Shown in pieces: positions 26,855 to 40,189 of a DNA stretch of 64,000 nucleotides. Source of the DNA: Pecten maximus. Lineage: Eukaryota. The notes under the pieces are model-generated. The model was not told the DNA's origin and searched no databases. It worked only from the letters and a program-made list of their open reading frames with translations. The position numbers and the translations under genes are program-made. Each line of letters opens with the position of its first letter. Within the stretch, counting starts at the first letter, position 1. The stretch is from positions 40,610,001 to 40,674,000 of the forward strand of contig NC_047023.1 of NCBI RefSeq assembly GCF_902652985.1, read 5' to 3'.

Positions 26855-28328
26855 TATAAAACCATCTACATCTACTTATAGGTATGTAGAAACAGCTACT
26901 CCTTCTTTGAAAAGGGTTATGATATCATTTGTACTGCTTCTATAAATGGGATGTTCATATACTCATGCTTTTTGTTGTAAGTGTAAACATCTAAAGCAAT
27001 GTGTTTATGGAAATTTAATGTGTTCTAATTTCTTCCAAGTGTATCCTTCCATGCGAACAACCAAAAGTTAAAAATCAACATGTGTGTACATTTACTGATG
27101 CATGAGATCACACAACTTTTAATGGATGACAACATAATAAAAATGGAATATGTAATTGCTCAGAATTGAACAATTTACGTCGTGCGAAGATTATATCGAA
27201 AAAATATATCTATTTTTTTTTAATCATTTGACAATGAATTTCACACGAAAAACATACAGCACTGATTTTGTATTGACAGTAGAGCTCTATATTGTAGGTC
27301 TCTGTTAATGTGTTTGTTTGTTTGTTTGTTTGAGCTTTTTTTTAAAGCTGTACGCATGTTTTGAGGGTTTTTTTTAAAGCTGTACACATGTTCAAAATTA
27401 TTTATCGCCATTTATCATTTATGATGTTGTATCATGATAAACATAACGTTCATCCATGCAGACACCCTTTCATTATTGAAACATCAAAGTTAATGTTGAA
27501 TGATATAGCTGTATTGTTCATTTTAAATATAAATTATTATACATATTGAATACTCCAGGCTCTGTACTAGTGTTAATTACAACATTATGTATTCATTGGT
27601 TCAGTGACTTGGGAGATACAAAGGAAACAGCTGTTTTAATTTATAGTCTCACAATTTACCTTTCTTATATATATAATATCACAAAATGGACAGTCTAGAG
27701 CACAATATGACTTAAGTTGTCATCACATAAAGTTATAATTAATATAAATTGAGCTAATACAGGAATTTAAATTGCAAATCTGAAGGGTCATATTAATGAC
27801 ATTTACAAATAGATGCATACCCTTGCCATCACAATAGTCCAAACTTATTCTTGAAAGTCAAAAACAAATTCCCGACGACCAAGAGAAAGTGCCACCTTGT
27901 ATTAAGTGGTTGAGGATTTTTTGTTGCAATACTGTACATATGTATAAACTGTCGTTAAACTTTTTAACAAATTGACAATTTACTGATTATGCATTTCATG
28001 CATTGTTTATAATTTTATAATTTAAAACTACACCAATATTGATAGCATTCTTGTGAAAATATTCATGTTAACTCTTGCAAAATTATATTTTATATTTTCA
28101 GATGACGATGACCTAGCCTGCTGACTTGTCCAACAACAAGAAGCTTTGGATGAAGAACTTCAAATGTTGGTGGACTCGCCTTACTCATCTAGGTCAAATT
28201 GTAACACCGCAAGGTATGGAACATACTAAATGTTAGTTTATGACGCGACATCAGAATGGAACCCAGAAATGCTTTCACATCCTTAAAGACCCAGTGATGA
28301 AATTTGTGTTTGAAGTTTGACTACTGCT

Positions 28329-31304
28329 ATGGAAAGAAGAGATGGTGTTGAGTCAGTCAGCATGATCAACGCAATTAGTGACGGGTTCAACGTGCTCGCA
28401 GAGGATGAAGGGCGGGGCTTCCGAGGTGATGGACAGAACATCCTACATCAGGGGTCAGTCCAATTGCCCCCGGAGTACCAGAACACATGGAAGGACACTT
28501 CACAGATAAGCTATAATCACACCTCAAATGGAGGAATGCAATATGGCATGCATGCATGGAACAACGGATACGAGAAGAAAGATATAACCTCGCAAATGTT
28601 CAGAATGGACAATGGCAGTTCAGTATCTCAAAATGATATTCCACAAGCAGTGCTTAATATAAAGGAGGAGGATCTAGCTGTTCATGATTTCACTAAAATG
28701 AAGGATTATAATGAAACACCAGCAAAAGATCCACCTCAATATCAACAATGGCCAAGACAGTTTGACAATAATTATAATTTAATGAATCATACCAATGGTA
28801 ACTCAATGAAACCTTCTCTCCCCGATAGTCATTCCACAGCCAGTAGTACCTTTCCTGCACAGGAATCCATCAACTCGTCTCCCGAACAAAAACCTGTAGG
28901 ATCATATACTGCTCCCTATGTACAGATTAAACAAGAAAATTCCAGCAACCTCAATAATGTACATTGTAACCAAAATGGTGATCAGAAAGGACAACCCTGG
29001 CCAGGAAACGGAGTTGATACAAAACTTAATGTGTCATCTGGAGATTCTTACACTATGCAACGAGAAATTTATCTCAGGGATAGCTATTCTGTGATACCAC
29101 AAACATGTGCCTCCCCTGTAGCACTGAAGAGGGAACCATGTGACTTGAGTGGTAAAAATGACTGTTACCAACCTTCAGTGGCTAAGTATCCCCGTACGGA
29201 TGTTACATCATCAACTTTGGTTGAAAATGGAGAAACCTCGCCGCCACCAGGGTCTCAAAAAATGATTTCCCTTCAGCCTGTCAAACTAGAGCCAACCCTC
29301 CTTAGCATTCCTGGAGATCACAATATGAACATGAACCAACATTATCCTGGCCATGTTCCTTACAAGTATAATGACAAGCCAGGAAATTACAATGGAACAC
29401 GTGTAGATGGATCTTACGGACAGGGAATGGAAGAACCAGAAAGAAACTGTCTTGGGAAGTCAGTATCTGCATCTCTGATGTCCCTGCATGATTTTGCCTA
29501 TGCCTGGAACCCAGGAAATGAACCATACACAGCTATGGTAGGTTACAGGGCCACCATTAACCACCCCAGTCTTTCTGTAGAGCTCAGTAACACTGCAGCT
29601 ACCAACACCTATAGTGATAATACTCAGATAACGCCAAACATGGTCAGTAAGAACTGTGATACTACAATGAATTACTCGAAACACAGAGGAAATGGTCTGG
29701 ATGAATCCCTATGTAGTAATGAAAATTATGCAACCTTGTGCAATTTAGATCAAAGCACAAGCAGTTCTTTCCAAAGTAACGATGGATTTGATTCGAGTAG
29801 CTACAGCGTAGGAAACTCCGTTCAGAATGACGCAGACATGGATGACAGTTTTGGCAAACCATTTAGGAACGTGGAGTCGGAATACAATCAGGATGAAAAT
29901 GGAGAAGAAGATAACTGCCAGAAGCTTATGTGTCGTTGCGGAATATGCGGAGACACATTTGACACGAGCATCAGCCTCAGAGCTCATGTCCGTATGCACA
30001 CAGAAAGTATAGCACTCCAATGTGAAATTTGCAATAAGAAATTCAAAAACAAAGTTGAACTCAGAACACATTGTGAAAATCATGATGAGGAAAAGGTTTT
30101 GGCCTGTGATGTCTGCGACAAAACCTTCGAAAAGAAAAGATGCCTAAAGTCTCACATGCGTACACATTCAGGTGAGAAGAAGAAACTGCACAAATGCGAG
30201 GTTTGCGGCCGCCAGTACGGCACACTTCAGGGTTACCTTGTTCACAAGGACTCGCATGGCATTGACACACCTCACGAATGCTCAACATGCGGAAAGATAT
30301 TTGGACATGAAGATCTTCTGTCATTCCATATGAAAACTCACACAGACATTTTCACATTCATGTGTCACGTCTGTGACAAGAAGTTTGGAAACAACCGTGA
30401 ACTACAGAAACATCTTAGCAAACACACTGGTCTACTGCCCTTCCAGTGTAGTACATGTAATGATTCATTCTGCGATGATTATACCCTTCAAATGCACATT
30501 TCCGAACACACTGGAGAAAGTTTCCACATCTGTGAAGTTTGTGGGAAATCGTACAAAGATATATTAGCCATGAAGGAGCATCAGAAAAGTCACTCAGAGG
30601 AAAAACCATTTATCTGCGAGATTTGCTGTAAGGGGTTCAAATCAAAGACAAATTTACATGAACATTATCGAATTCATTCGGGGGAGAAGCCCTTTGAATG
30701 TCATGTCTGTGGGAAGCGGTTTCGTCAGAGCTCCATCCTGAGAAACCATGTTCGAATTCACACCGGGGAGACGCCCTGGGAGTGTAACGAGTGTGGAAAG
30801 AAGTTCAGCTTTAAGGGTAATTACACTCGTCACCTTTGGTCTCACACAGAGGAAAAGGAACGTACATGTCGCGTCTGTGGAAAGATATTCACTGACATGA
30901 TAGGATTGAAGCAACATCTGGAACGGCACACCCGTCAATCAAACCAGAAGCCAAAGTCCTTCAAGTGTAATATCTGCGACAATGAATTTGACCGAAGTCG
31001 TACCCTGCAGATGCACATGAAAGTGCATACAGGGGACTGTCCATTCACCTGTGACATCTGTGAGAAGACCTTCGTCTCCAAGATTGATCTCAACAAGCAT
31101 GTCAAACTGCATGATGACGAAAAGAGTTTTCGCTGTGATGTATGTGACAAGTCATATGTGGACAACGGCAGACTGCGACGTCATATGAAGATTCACATGG
31201 GCCTAAAACCATTCAAGTGTGACGTCTGCTCTTCGACCTTCACGGAGAAGTATCACCTGACAAAGCACCAGAAGACTCACCAGAAGGACACAGAGGACAA
31301 ATGA
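28329..31304 (+). CDS. C2H2 zinc-finger protein, 991 aa, 16 tandem fingers, single coding exon
   Basis: First in-frame ATG is at 28329 (the track ORF starts at a TTG, 28317). Low-complexity N-terminal ~540 aa, then 16 CxxC-x12-HxxxH fingers with TGEKP-like linkers (HSGEKPFEC, HTGETPWEC, HMGLKPFKC). Exon acceptor at 28101/28102. Confidence 0.95.
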   Translation: MERRDGVESVSMINAISDGFNVLAEDEGRGFRGDGQNILHQGSVQLPPEYQNTWKDTSQISYNHTSNGGMQYGMHAWNNGYEKKDITSQMFRMDNGSSVSQNDIPQAVLNIKEEDLAVHDFTKMKDYNETPAKDPPQYQQWPRQFDNNYNLMNHTNGNSMKPSLPDSHSTASSTFPAQESINSSPEQKPVGSYTAPYVQIKQENSSNLNNVHCNQNGDQKGQPWPGNGVDTKLNVSSGDSYTMQREIYLRDSYSVIPQTCASPVALKREPCDLSGKNDCYQPSVAKYPRTDVTSSTLVENGETSPPPGSQKMISLQPVKLEPTLLSIPGDHNMNMNQHYPGHVPYKYNDKPGNYNGTRVDGSYGQGMEEPERNCLGKSVSASLMSLHDFAYAWNPGNEPYTAMVGYRATINHPSLSVELSNTAATNTYSDNTQITPNMVSKNCDTTMNYSKHRGNGLDESLCSNENYATLCNLDQSTSSSFQSNDGFDSSSYSVGNSVQNDADMDDSFGKPFRNVESEYNQDENGEEDNCQKLMCRCGICGDTFDTSISLRAHVRMHTESIALQCEICNKKFKNKVELRTHCENHDEEKVLACDVCDKTFEKKRCLKSHMRTHSGEKKKLHKCEVCGRQYGTLQGYLVHKDSHGIDTPHECSTCGKIFGHEDLLSFHMKTHTDIFTFMCHVCDKKFGNNRELQKHLSKHTGLLPFQCSTCNDSFCDDYTLQMHISEHTGESFHICEVCGKSYKDILAMKEHQKSHSEEKPFICEICCKGFKSKTNLHEHYRIHSGEKPFECHVCGKRFRQSSILRNHVRIHTGETPWECNECGKKFSFKGNYTRHLWSHTEEKERTCRVCGKIFTDMIGLKQHLERHTRQSNQKPKSFKCNICDNEFDRSRTLQMHMKVHTGDCPFTCDICEKTFVSKIDLNKHVKLHDDEKSFRCDVCDKSYVDNGRLRRHMKIHMGLKPFKCDVCSSTFTEKYHLTKHQKTHQKDTEDK

Positions 31305-32450
31305 ACAGTACCCTGTTAATTATAAGATATTTATTTTTGTGTTATTTATCAGGAAGTAACCTGCACATTAAAGGCCTTGTGTTCATTCACAAGTAGATAA
31401 TATATAACAAGTAAAATCATCCAGCTCATTTAGATTAAAAAAAACATTTAGCAACTTTAAATTCTTTTGCAAGTATCATTTGAAGCTCAATCTTCAAATA
31501 AGTACAGTGTATTCACAAAGAGATTTTTGTACTTCAACTGAATGTTCAAATTATTTTGTCTAATGTAAAAAAAGATATTCTAACTTAACATGAACACTGT
31601 TTGTGGCAATCAATTTTTTGTGATGCATGTGTTCAGAAATTTAATATCATTTAATAAAATGAGAATCTTTTCAATCATGTTTCATGATGATAATTCTATA
31701 AAGCCTAAATCCCGTAATATAAGTATACTGTATACAGGCTATAGATTGAGGTATCTAAGTTTTTATAGGGAGATTATGCTTTTTTGTTAGGTTCCATTCC
31801 GTGATCTCTATAATGTTACATGTACCTGAGATACTGATAACAAATTTAAGAACCTAGAATGATGAGTGGTCTGTAGAAGTAATTTTTATACATACTAACA
31901 TTTGAATGCTTTTGAGTTTCTTTTTAATGTGTTTGGTTTGGGTAAGGATCTATATATGTAGTCTTATTGTACCTTAATAATTGTACAGGCAATAAAGATG
32001 AGATATTTTTATTGTTTTGTAATGAACAATACTTGTTTTGATACCTAGTGTGTGCTGGTTTAAGTATTAATGTTGAATCATTGTCCTGTGGTTTCTTGGT
32101 TTCATTTAAATGTAATCAAATTTTATTTCATCGAGCACACTTTCCCAGAGAGTCATACATAAAGAGGGGTCTCTATAGGATTTCAATAATAACTATGTTT
32201 ACTCGGCTTATAAACTGGGAATATATGGAATGCGAATGTATGTGACTGTTACTTGATACTGAGTGTGTTGCTGAAACGGTATGAAGTGATCATGATTAAG
32301 AATAAGTTTTATTTTGGGATGATGGAGATCAATGTATTGATTGCTGAAAAGTGTTGGTTGATGCATGTACCATATTTATCCAACAATAAGCCTATGCCTG
32401 GTAATAAACCTGTGCATGAATTGTGGTTCAGTGAAAATTGCGAAGAGACA

Positions 32451-32543
32451 CTGTTTCTTAATACTGCAATAAGCCCACCCCCTACATCCGAGTCAAAGTT
32501 GAGGTGTCGGGTTCCCTGGGCTTATTACAGGATAAATATGGTA
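32451..32543. mobile_element. Short Tc1/mariner-like MITE
   Basis: Inverted arms ctgcaataagccca / tgggcttattacag; right end ataaatatgg-TA. Confidence 0.45.
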
Positions 32544-35500
32544 GATGTGGTAGTTATCTTATGTATACTTATCTCTGTAGTGGTGCCCGAAGAATATAAT
32601 ATATCATGTTTCCCTAATTTCAGCTGTCTTGTTTGAAAGGATATGCAAGAAAGAGGTTAACATAATGATTAATAGTTAATGTAAATGAGAGCAGGTCTCG
32701 GGTGTCGTTTGTTTACCCAATAAGATGTTAAACATATTTACTTTTTTAACGAGCACCTAATGTTCAGCAAGAGTGAAATGCAGGTTGAGAGTGTTGCGGT
32801 CAGACATGTTTATACCAACACTGGATAGCATTACTCAAACGAGAAGGCTTGAGCAGGATAAGAGGTATCAGGGGTATGATGGAATGATGGTGGAGGCGTA
32901 ACACTTAAAGTTATGGCTAGGGTAGTTAGTTATGAATAGTTTCTCTCATCACTGTTAGGAGCCCATGTAGTCATGAAGGAGAGCTTGTACAAGGGAACAA
33001 AAGATGATGATGATGATGAATGAATATGATGATGATGATGATTTTATGCAAACACAGACACAGAATGATATGATGTGTGTCTCCATCCTTGCCTTAACAA
33101 AAATGCAAATTTTTGTAATCATTTTTAAATTTTTGACTGTTATATTTATTGCCAAGTTATGGCACAATTATTAACGATCATAGTGTATTAATTGTCACGC
33201 GTACCATTGTATCTTCAGTCTGGGCGGTGCGTCATATTAATATATAGTTAACACATTGTGGAAATATAAAACTTTCACATGAGATTTCTATATTGCTATG
33301 TATTTCGTAGTTATGAAATGGCATATATGGTTTATATATTACAGTAATTTATTTCCTGTTGGTGTTATTTGTTAAATCATTCAGATTTGTATTATAATCG
33401 AAATTCTGTGTTCAATCCTGTATCTTAAGTAGTGAATGTTGATTTGTCATTACAGAACATTCCACTTAATATCAAGTGTCAGAGGAAAATGTGTTCTTGG
33501 ATTGATAAAAAAACTGTTTTACTTCCAAAAACAAATGATAAAAATATTGTTTTTTCCTGTCGAAACAAACATTTACTATGAATTAGAGTTTGTGTCTGTT
33601 TTAACAGCTTAAGAAATCAAAATTTAAATTTTACATTTGAATTGTCTTTGTCATATGGTAGTACAGTAAAAGGTTTTTTTGTTTTTTTTATTATTATTTG
33701 AAAAAGAGAGGAACAATATCATCTTCAAAATAACAAGCTTAATGATAACAAAGTCACTATAGACGTATAAATCAGTCTGTATATACTTACTACATAGAAC
33801 AATCTTAACACAGTAACTGGGGACACAGGTGACATTAAGTGGAATCCACTGTACGACAGAGTGATACTATTATAGAATGTTGTACATCGTGATATAAGAC
33901 CTCTCGTTTAAGCTACTCGTGCTGCCTTATCACTTTATTAAATATGTAATGTCTGAACAACACCATCCAAACTGTTGTATTTTACAACAGAGTGCAGTAA
34001 AAGAGTTTTAATAGTTTCCGAGAATATTTGCCCATATAAGTTATCTGCCCTTACTGTGGAAGAGTTTTTTTCCTTATACATTTGTATAAATTTGGTCCTT
34101 TCCATAAAACTGTCCGACTTCTTGGTGAATATATTCATTGGTCCCCACCTGGAGAACTGTCCAGTTTCATCAGTGGCAGACTCCCAAAAGTTGTCTGCCC
34201 TTATCTGGGTGAATAATATCTAGTTTTCTGTTCTTTTAGAACTACACAGTTACTAGTTATTGGCCGTTTCCAGAGCTGTCTCCTTGCCAAATGGTCTAGC
34301 TATGTGTTAATTGAAATCAACTCTTTATCCTGTTTGGGGTATTAAATTACCTTCAATGTTAAAACTGATTTGCAGATTTTATTTGCGAATCAGTCAGGAA
34401 GTAGGGGATATATCGTTCCTAGTCTAATCCTCCAATAGGACATGTCTTATGAAAATGACGATAGGTTGATTAGTCATTGGTAAGCCTGAATTCTTCTGTA
34501 TAAAGGGGAGATAACTTGTGTGTACTCGGAGTCCATTAAGACAATCTTTACTGTCATGTTTTTTTCATTACCGAATCATATGATTAATTACTTACACTTG
34601 TCTTTCATAAACTGTTCATTATTGAGTCTTACATTTTATGTACCATCAGGTTAAGGTTTTTTTTTTTTTTTTTTCATGGATGAATCTTTTAAAGATTAAA
34701 TAATAGAAAAGGAAATGTAATGAAGTCCAAATTTTGCAGGATCAGTTGATGAAATAACTGATAAGACTTAACATCTTGAAGTCAATAGTGAACATCACGT
34801 TAATAAATGAAATTTATTGAAATGTTCAATTCTTTGTCAACCGTTTTTGAAAAATATTGAACAATATTACGGTTATGAATGATTTTTTGAAGTATTAAAC
34901 TATTTTATACATTATACAGTTATAAACTAAGATGTTATTATTTTGAAGTTCCATCTTTGTAAATCACTATGCACTTTTGAAATGTTGTTATACTGGTGTT
35001 GATATGTGATAATGATTATGTCCACACACACACACAGTTAATGGGAGGTTATTTCTATGGAGTCCTGTGTGGCCTCTTTGATAATAAACTAAAAGTTGAA
35101 GTGATGTTTTGATATAATTAGTGAAGGTGGATTGTGATACTGTATATGAGGAACTTTTAATCGAGGTATAATTTCCACATTTTCCCTGTTCCAAATAATT
35201 ACTGTAACCAGTTACAATGATTTCTATGTAAGGGATTAAATCAAAACCAAGCTTTACAGGAAGATATTGATCACGAGTAACAGGACAAACATTTCCTTGT
35301 GTGAAGTAGTTACAAACATCAGTACTAGGCCATGATTAAAGACTACATATAGGTTTTATATATGGCCGAGTTTCTTAGTTTTAACATCTCAGATCCTTTT
35401 TGAGTCGGATAAACATTCCCTTAGGAGAAGTTTAAATTTTACAACCAGATGCTTCATATCCATCTTAAATTGTGTTAATGCTGGGACAAGAATTTTGAAA

Positions 35501-38500
35501 GTTTTCTTTTTTGTAGTTTGTTGATGTTATGAAATAGATGTTTGGGATGCATGGCTTTTGATCTGTGGAATTCATTGGACTTCAATGGTTTGTCTTGAGT
35601 GTGTGGGGTGTTTTTTGCAATGTTACAAACAAACAAAATGCAATCATAGAAATGACTGATCAATGTAATTTTTTATTAGTACATCGAGTTGTTTGACAGA
35701 AAATGAATGCAACTCTCATAGATCTTAAATAAGGTAATTCGTGAAATGTATTTAAAAGTACGATTTAAAATAATAGTTAGCCTTCGATACTGGTACATGT
35801 TTGTCGGGGAAAAAATTGTGGTAGAATATACTAAATGTGATTAATACATGATTGAATATGTATCTTATCTCTTGAGGGTCCATTTTCCATAAAAAGTTCT
35901 TTAATTTTCCTTAGAGATAATAATACAATGATGGCTATCAATTCTAATAGATTGCAGATTGATTGAAGCATACATCTGTGACTAAAGACACTCCCATTAC
36001 CTGTTTACACCTATGCCTTGCACAGCATGTGCTAATTTAATACTCATTATATCAAAGGTTTGAAAACCTGTAGTTGTTTGTTTACATACATATTCAGTAC
36101 TGTTTGAATTTCCATTTAAGTTTGCATATTTTCAATATTCATTAAGAGTTTGAATAATCAATGTTTATTCATTACATTGATGTATGAATATACATCCATG
36201 TTTAAGTATTCATTGAAGTTTGAAGATTCATTGATGTTTGATATGAATTGTTTCCCATATAAATCATGTATTTATTTTTTCATCTGTGTGTTAAAATTTA
36301 TATCCACTTACACTGTTATCATATATAGTAGTTCTTGTTATTGGTGGAAAATTAGTCATATTTTATTTTATAATAATCCTAATTCATACAAGGTGTTTGG
36401 CCGTGTTTTTATTCTGCCTGGGGTTTTGTGCATGTGAGAGTTTATTTATGATGTAGAGTTTTTACTATATGTCAATTTCATGTATTTTTTTCATGGTTTT
36501 TTTTTTACTTCCATTTTATGTGTTACATGCATCACTGTGATGCACTCGATGTTTAGAGTTTTATTGTTAATCCATTAAGTTACATACATAGGCAGAAAAT
36601 TTCACAGTCTCATTCATATAAATGACCTGATGGTGTAAACAAAAACAAACAGGATCCATTGGTGTTTGATTATAATTTTGTTCTCATAAGTATAATAGAA
36701 TTTATCCAAAAACCTGCTCAATGTTTCTGCTTCACAGTAAAAAAAAAAAAAAATAGAATAAAAAAATTTAAAAACAAAAATACAAACCAAAAAAAAACCT
36801 ACAAAAAATGTCAGAAACTTTGACGTAGATATTTTGAAAAGGAATGATTGTTTAAATTACATCATGTGAAATTGTTTGGTCCAGGTTTTTTCCGTACGAC
36901 TTATTTAAATATATGAGGACATTCTCTTACAAAAATGTAAAAAAAAAAAACACCACCAACTTCTACACCAGCTATTTTTGCTCATTAAACTTGAACATTT
37001 TAGTTTATTTGATAATTTTGTATTTATTTAACATCAATATTAATTTCAGGTTCCTTAGTGCAGTATATTAAATGATAAAAGTATAGAACATATACATTGA
37101 ATTAAAGATATACAGGATCATTCTTTAAAATACCTGGAATTGTTTTTAACTTTGCTATGAATTGAAATTAGGGCATCTGTTTTCAAGTAATGCTGCCAAC
37201 ATTGTGTGATTTACTAAACAATTCACATCAATGAGACAGATTATTTAATCATCAGAAGAGAACAAATTACTTGCTATTTTGATATCTCAGATTTGAAGTA
37301 AAAGATTATTGTGATACATAGGTCAATATGTTAAAGCTGGGTGATAGTATTGTATGACAGAAGAGGTTGTCTGAATTTCCTTTTCTGTTCATTTCACATG
37401 GTTTTAAGTTGAACTTGTTCCTAGAAAGGTCTTTGACAGCAGATGAGGTTTGTCACATGTTCTTCTCAACCTCCATTCCTGTTTCAGGCAGCTAAAATTG
37501 ATTACCATTGATTAATTCATTTAATGAATTGATTTTCTCAAATTATTCAATTAATTTTTCCATATAGATGAAGTATCATTCTTCAATTGATTGATTTTTC
37601 TGTAATTTACTAAATATGATTTATGTTGATAATTTAATTTTTTTTAAACAATTCATTGAATGAATTAATTGGTTTATTTTAGATTGATGAAGTACTGTTA
37701 GATTTGTTTTACAATAATTTCATTTCATCTCCATTTTGATTTCCATTGTAATTTAATGAATGTAATTAAGTAGGCTTGGATGCTGGATAGTAGATTGGGT
37801 GTGGGTTTATTGTGTAATTAGTCCTGAATCATTTATATCATTTTGTACCTAAAGATTTGTAGAGAAGGAAATCATTCATATCTTGAAAAGATCAATAATA
37901 GGCAAAATTTCTTCAGATGTTTGTTTTTTTTAAAAGGGGAAAAAAAAAGAAAAAGAAAATCATGCTTTTCAATTGAAAGATTTGGTTACTACACTTGTGA
38001 AACTAGATATGTTCTTGTGATATTTGAGAGTTCATTTTAGATCAAACAACACACTAATGTAGCTATATACTGTATAATTGACATGGAAGCAATACATTAT
38101 TTACTATAACCATATTTGTGTACAAACCTAAGTAATCGGTCATTAGTTGTTCCAAGGAAGGTTACTGGTCCAACTGTGTGTAGTAGGGAGGTTTATCAGA
38201 CAAGGTTCATCAGAAAGATAGGTGGTTGCTGGTATTCTGATGTTTTCATGTTAAAAAGAGTTACCTCCACTGCTGCAAACAGTTTAGCTTTAAATTATTG
38301 GGGAATGTGAATGATTCAAAGTATTTGGTTACTGCTTATAAAGGGATTAATACTGTGATTAAAAACAGCTCTCACAGTCAAAAAAGAACTCAATATCTGT
38401 TCTTAAACACGAAATGGAAAATTTTATTTTTACTACAAGATTGATCAAGTATTGAACAGATTTACTATCAGATCATTAAAAGTTCACTTGATTAAAGAAA

Positions 38501-39184
38501 TTTTTGGAACTCTAGAAAAATATCTTGTTGCATGTTGTAGATAGGATCAGAAATATGAATTCGAGGTAAAATATTCTAGTCATATATTGACTGTGTTAAC
38601 AAGAAAACATTTCAGTTTTTAAACTCCAGATATAATTTTATATTGCTTGTTGGTTTTCTACATTTTAATATTATAGAAAGATTTTTTTATTGTATTATAG
38701 ACCTATCTAGAAAAGATGCATCACTGTTTCTTCATATACATGTGTACATAGTGTTTCATTGAATTAACCCAGTTTCCATAGAGTTGATATTTCCTATAAT
38801 GATTTATATAATGTTGATTTGATAGCGGAAAGTTAACCCAATGCTCATAGTATTAATTGATCCTGTTACCTGTATAAAAACCAATTATGTACAGTTTGGA
38901 GAGCCCTCCTTGTTACCTACGTTTTTTCTATGGGGGATGTCTTGTGTACATGTGTACGTTATTCCACTGAAATGAGATGTACATTTATTGATAAAACTGT
39001 TTTGAGTGAGTTGAATGCAACATATACAAAACCATTTTATGTATACTATTAAAGTTACATATAGTGATCAGTACTGTGTTGCCTTTGTTTGTACTGCTTT
39101 TGTTTCTATGTCTGCCCTTAACATGTTTTGCAACTTCTAGTTACCAGTAATTTTCAGTGTTAAATATATAATGTATATACAGTC

Positions 39185-39267
39185 CAATCTAATTAAAATC
39201 AGATGTACATTTGCACTACGCTACTCTCATACGTAGTGCAAATGTACATCTGATTTTAATTAGATTG
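39185..39267. mobile_element. 83-bp perfect hairpin MITE, 9-bp TSD (Mutator-like)
   Basis: 36-bp perfect arms caatctaattaaaatcagatgtacatttgcactacg with an 11-nt loop; TSD tatacagtc at 39176-39184 and 39268-39276. Confidence 0.9.
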
Positions 39268-39271
39268 TATA

Positions 39272-39404
39272 CAGTCAGACTTCATTTTCTCAAACTCTGA
39301 TAACTCAAAGACCACGTTGAATTCAGTTCCAATAGCAAAATATTCTCGGTTACCTCAAATACCTGTAATAAAGTTTTTTTCATGATCCTAATGAGGTTTG
39401 ACAG
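39272..39404. mobile_element. Old Tc1/pogo-like MITE (host of the hairpin MITE)
   Basis: TA-cagtcagacttc ... gaggtttgacag-TA. Confidence 0.4.
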
Positions 39405-40189
39405 TACATATGAAATGAACTTTAGTGATTTATAAGCTACTATACTTTTTCACTACATACTATAACTCCTACATATATACAGTATCCTTTCTTCTCTAAA
39501 CGTATATTCGACAGAGAGTGAAGTGTACATAGGAGCGGACAGAAACACTTTAAATTAGTTTCTCCTTTGAAGACCACGGAAAGATATCCTGATCTCATTG
39601 GGAAATATTCTGCTTTCTTGGGATTTTGATGTGTGACTCATTGGGAAATCATGCTATCTTTTTGTGATATGTAAAGTGGTGAATGCTTGCTGATATGGCA
39701 GCCTAGAGTTGCATTGTAAGTGTCTTTGATGACGGAGAAGATGATTACACTCCCGTAATATCTTGTTTTGAAATCTTAAATGGACTGTGTAGCGTTAATC
39801 TGATAGGGTAAAAATGATCACATGGCAAGGTGTAGCTGCGATAACGTAGCTCTGGACGACGAACGGACAATTTCTGACAGATGGTCGTCGTCAGAGAGCA
39901 GAGTAGGCAGGTTATGAATATTCGTTCTAGACAAGGTGTGTAATGTCATAACTAAACATTTGTTACAACTTCGAAAGAAACAGAAGGCTTCAGAGTCGTT
40001 ATGATGCTTTTCATAGAGATAAAACTTAAGAGAATTTCAATTTTTGCATTTGTGATTTGGCAAAAAAAAGATTGCACGTTCATTCCAACTACAGGATGTA
40101 CACGGTTGGATTTATGTTTGTTACTTCATTACCATGGAAATCCATTCTTGTGAATTTTGGAGTTTGTTTAAAACTTGTCATATTGTCGA

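Noticed and set aside
29302-31165. Short overlapping and antisense ORFs in the zinc-finger exon
   Set aside because: Shadow frames of the real CDS.
33938-34470. Decayed coding-like stretch in the putative 3' UTR (possible Penelope fragment)
   Set aside because: No diagnostic RT or GIY-YIG motif could be read.
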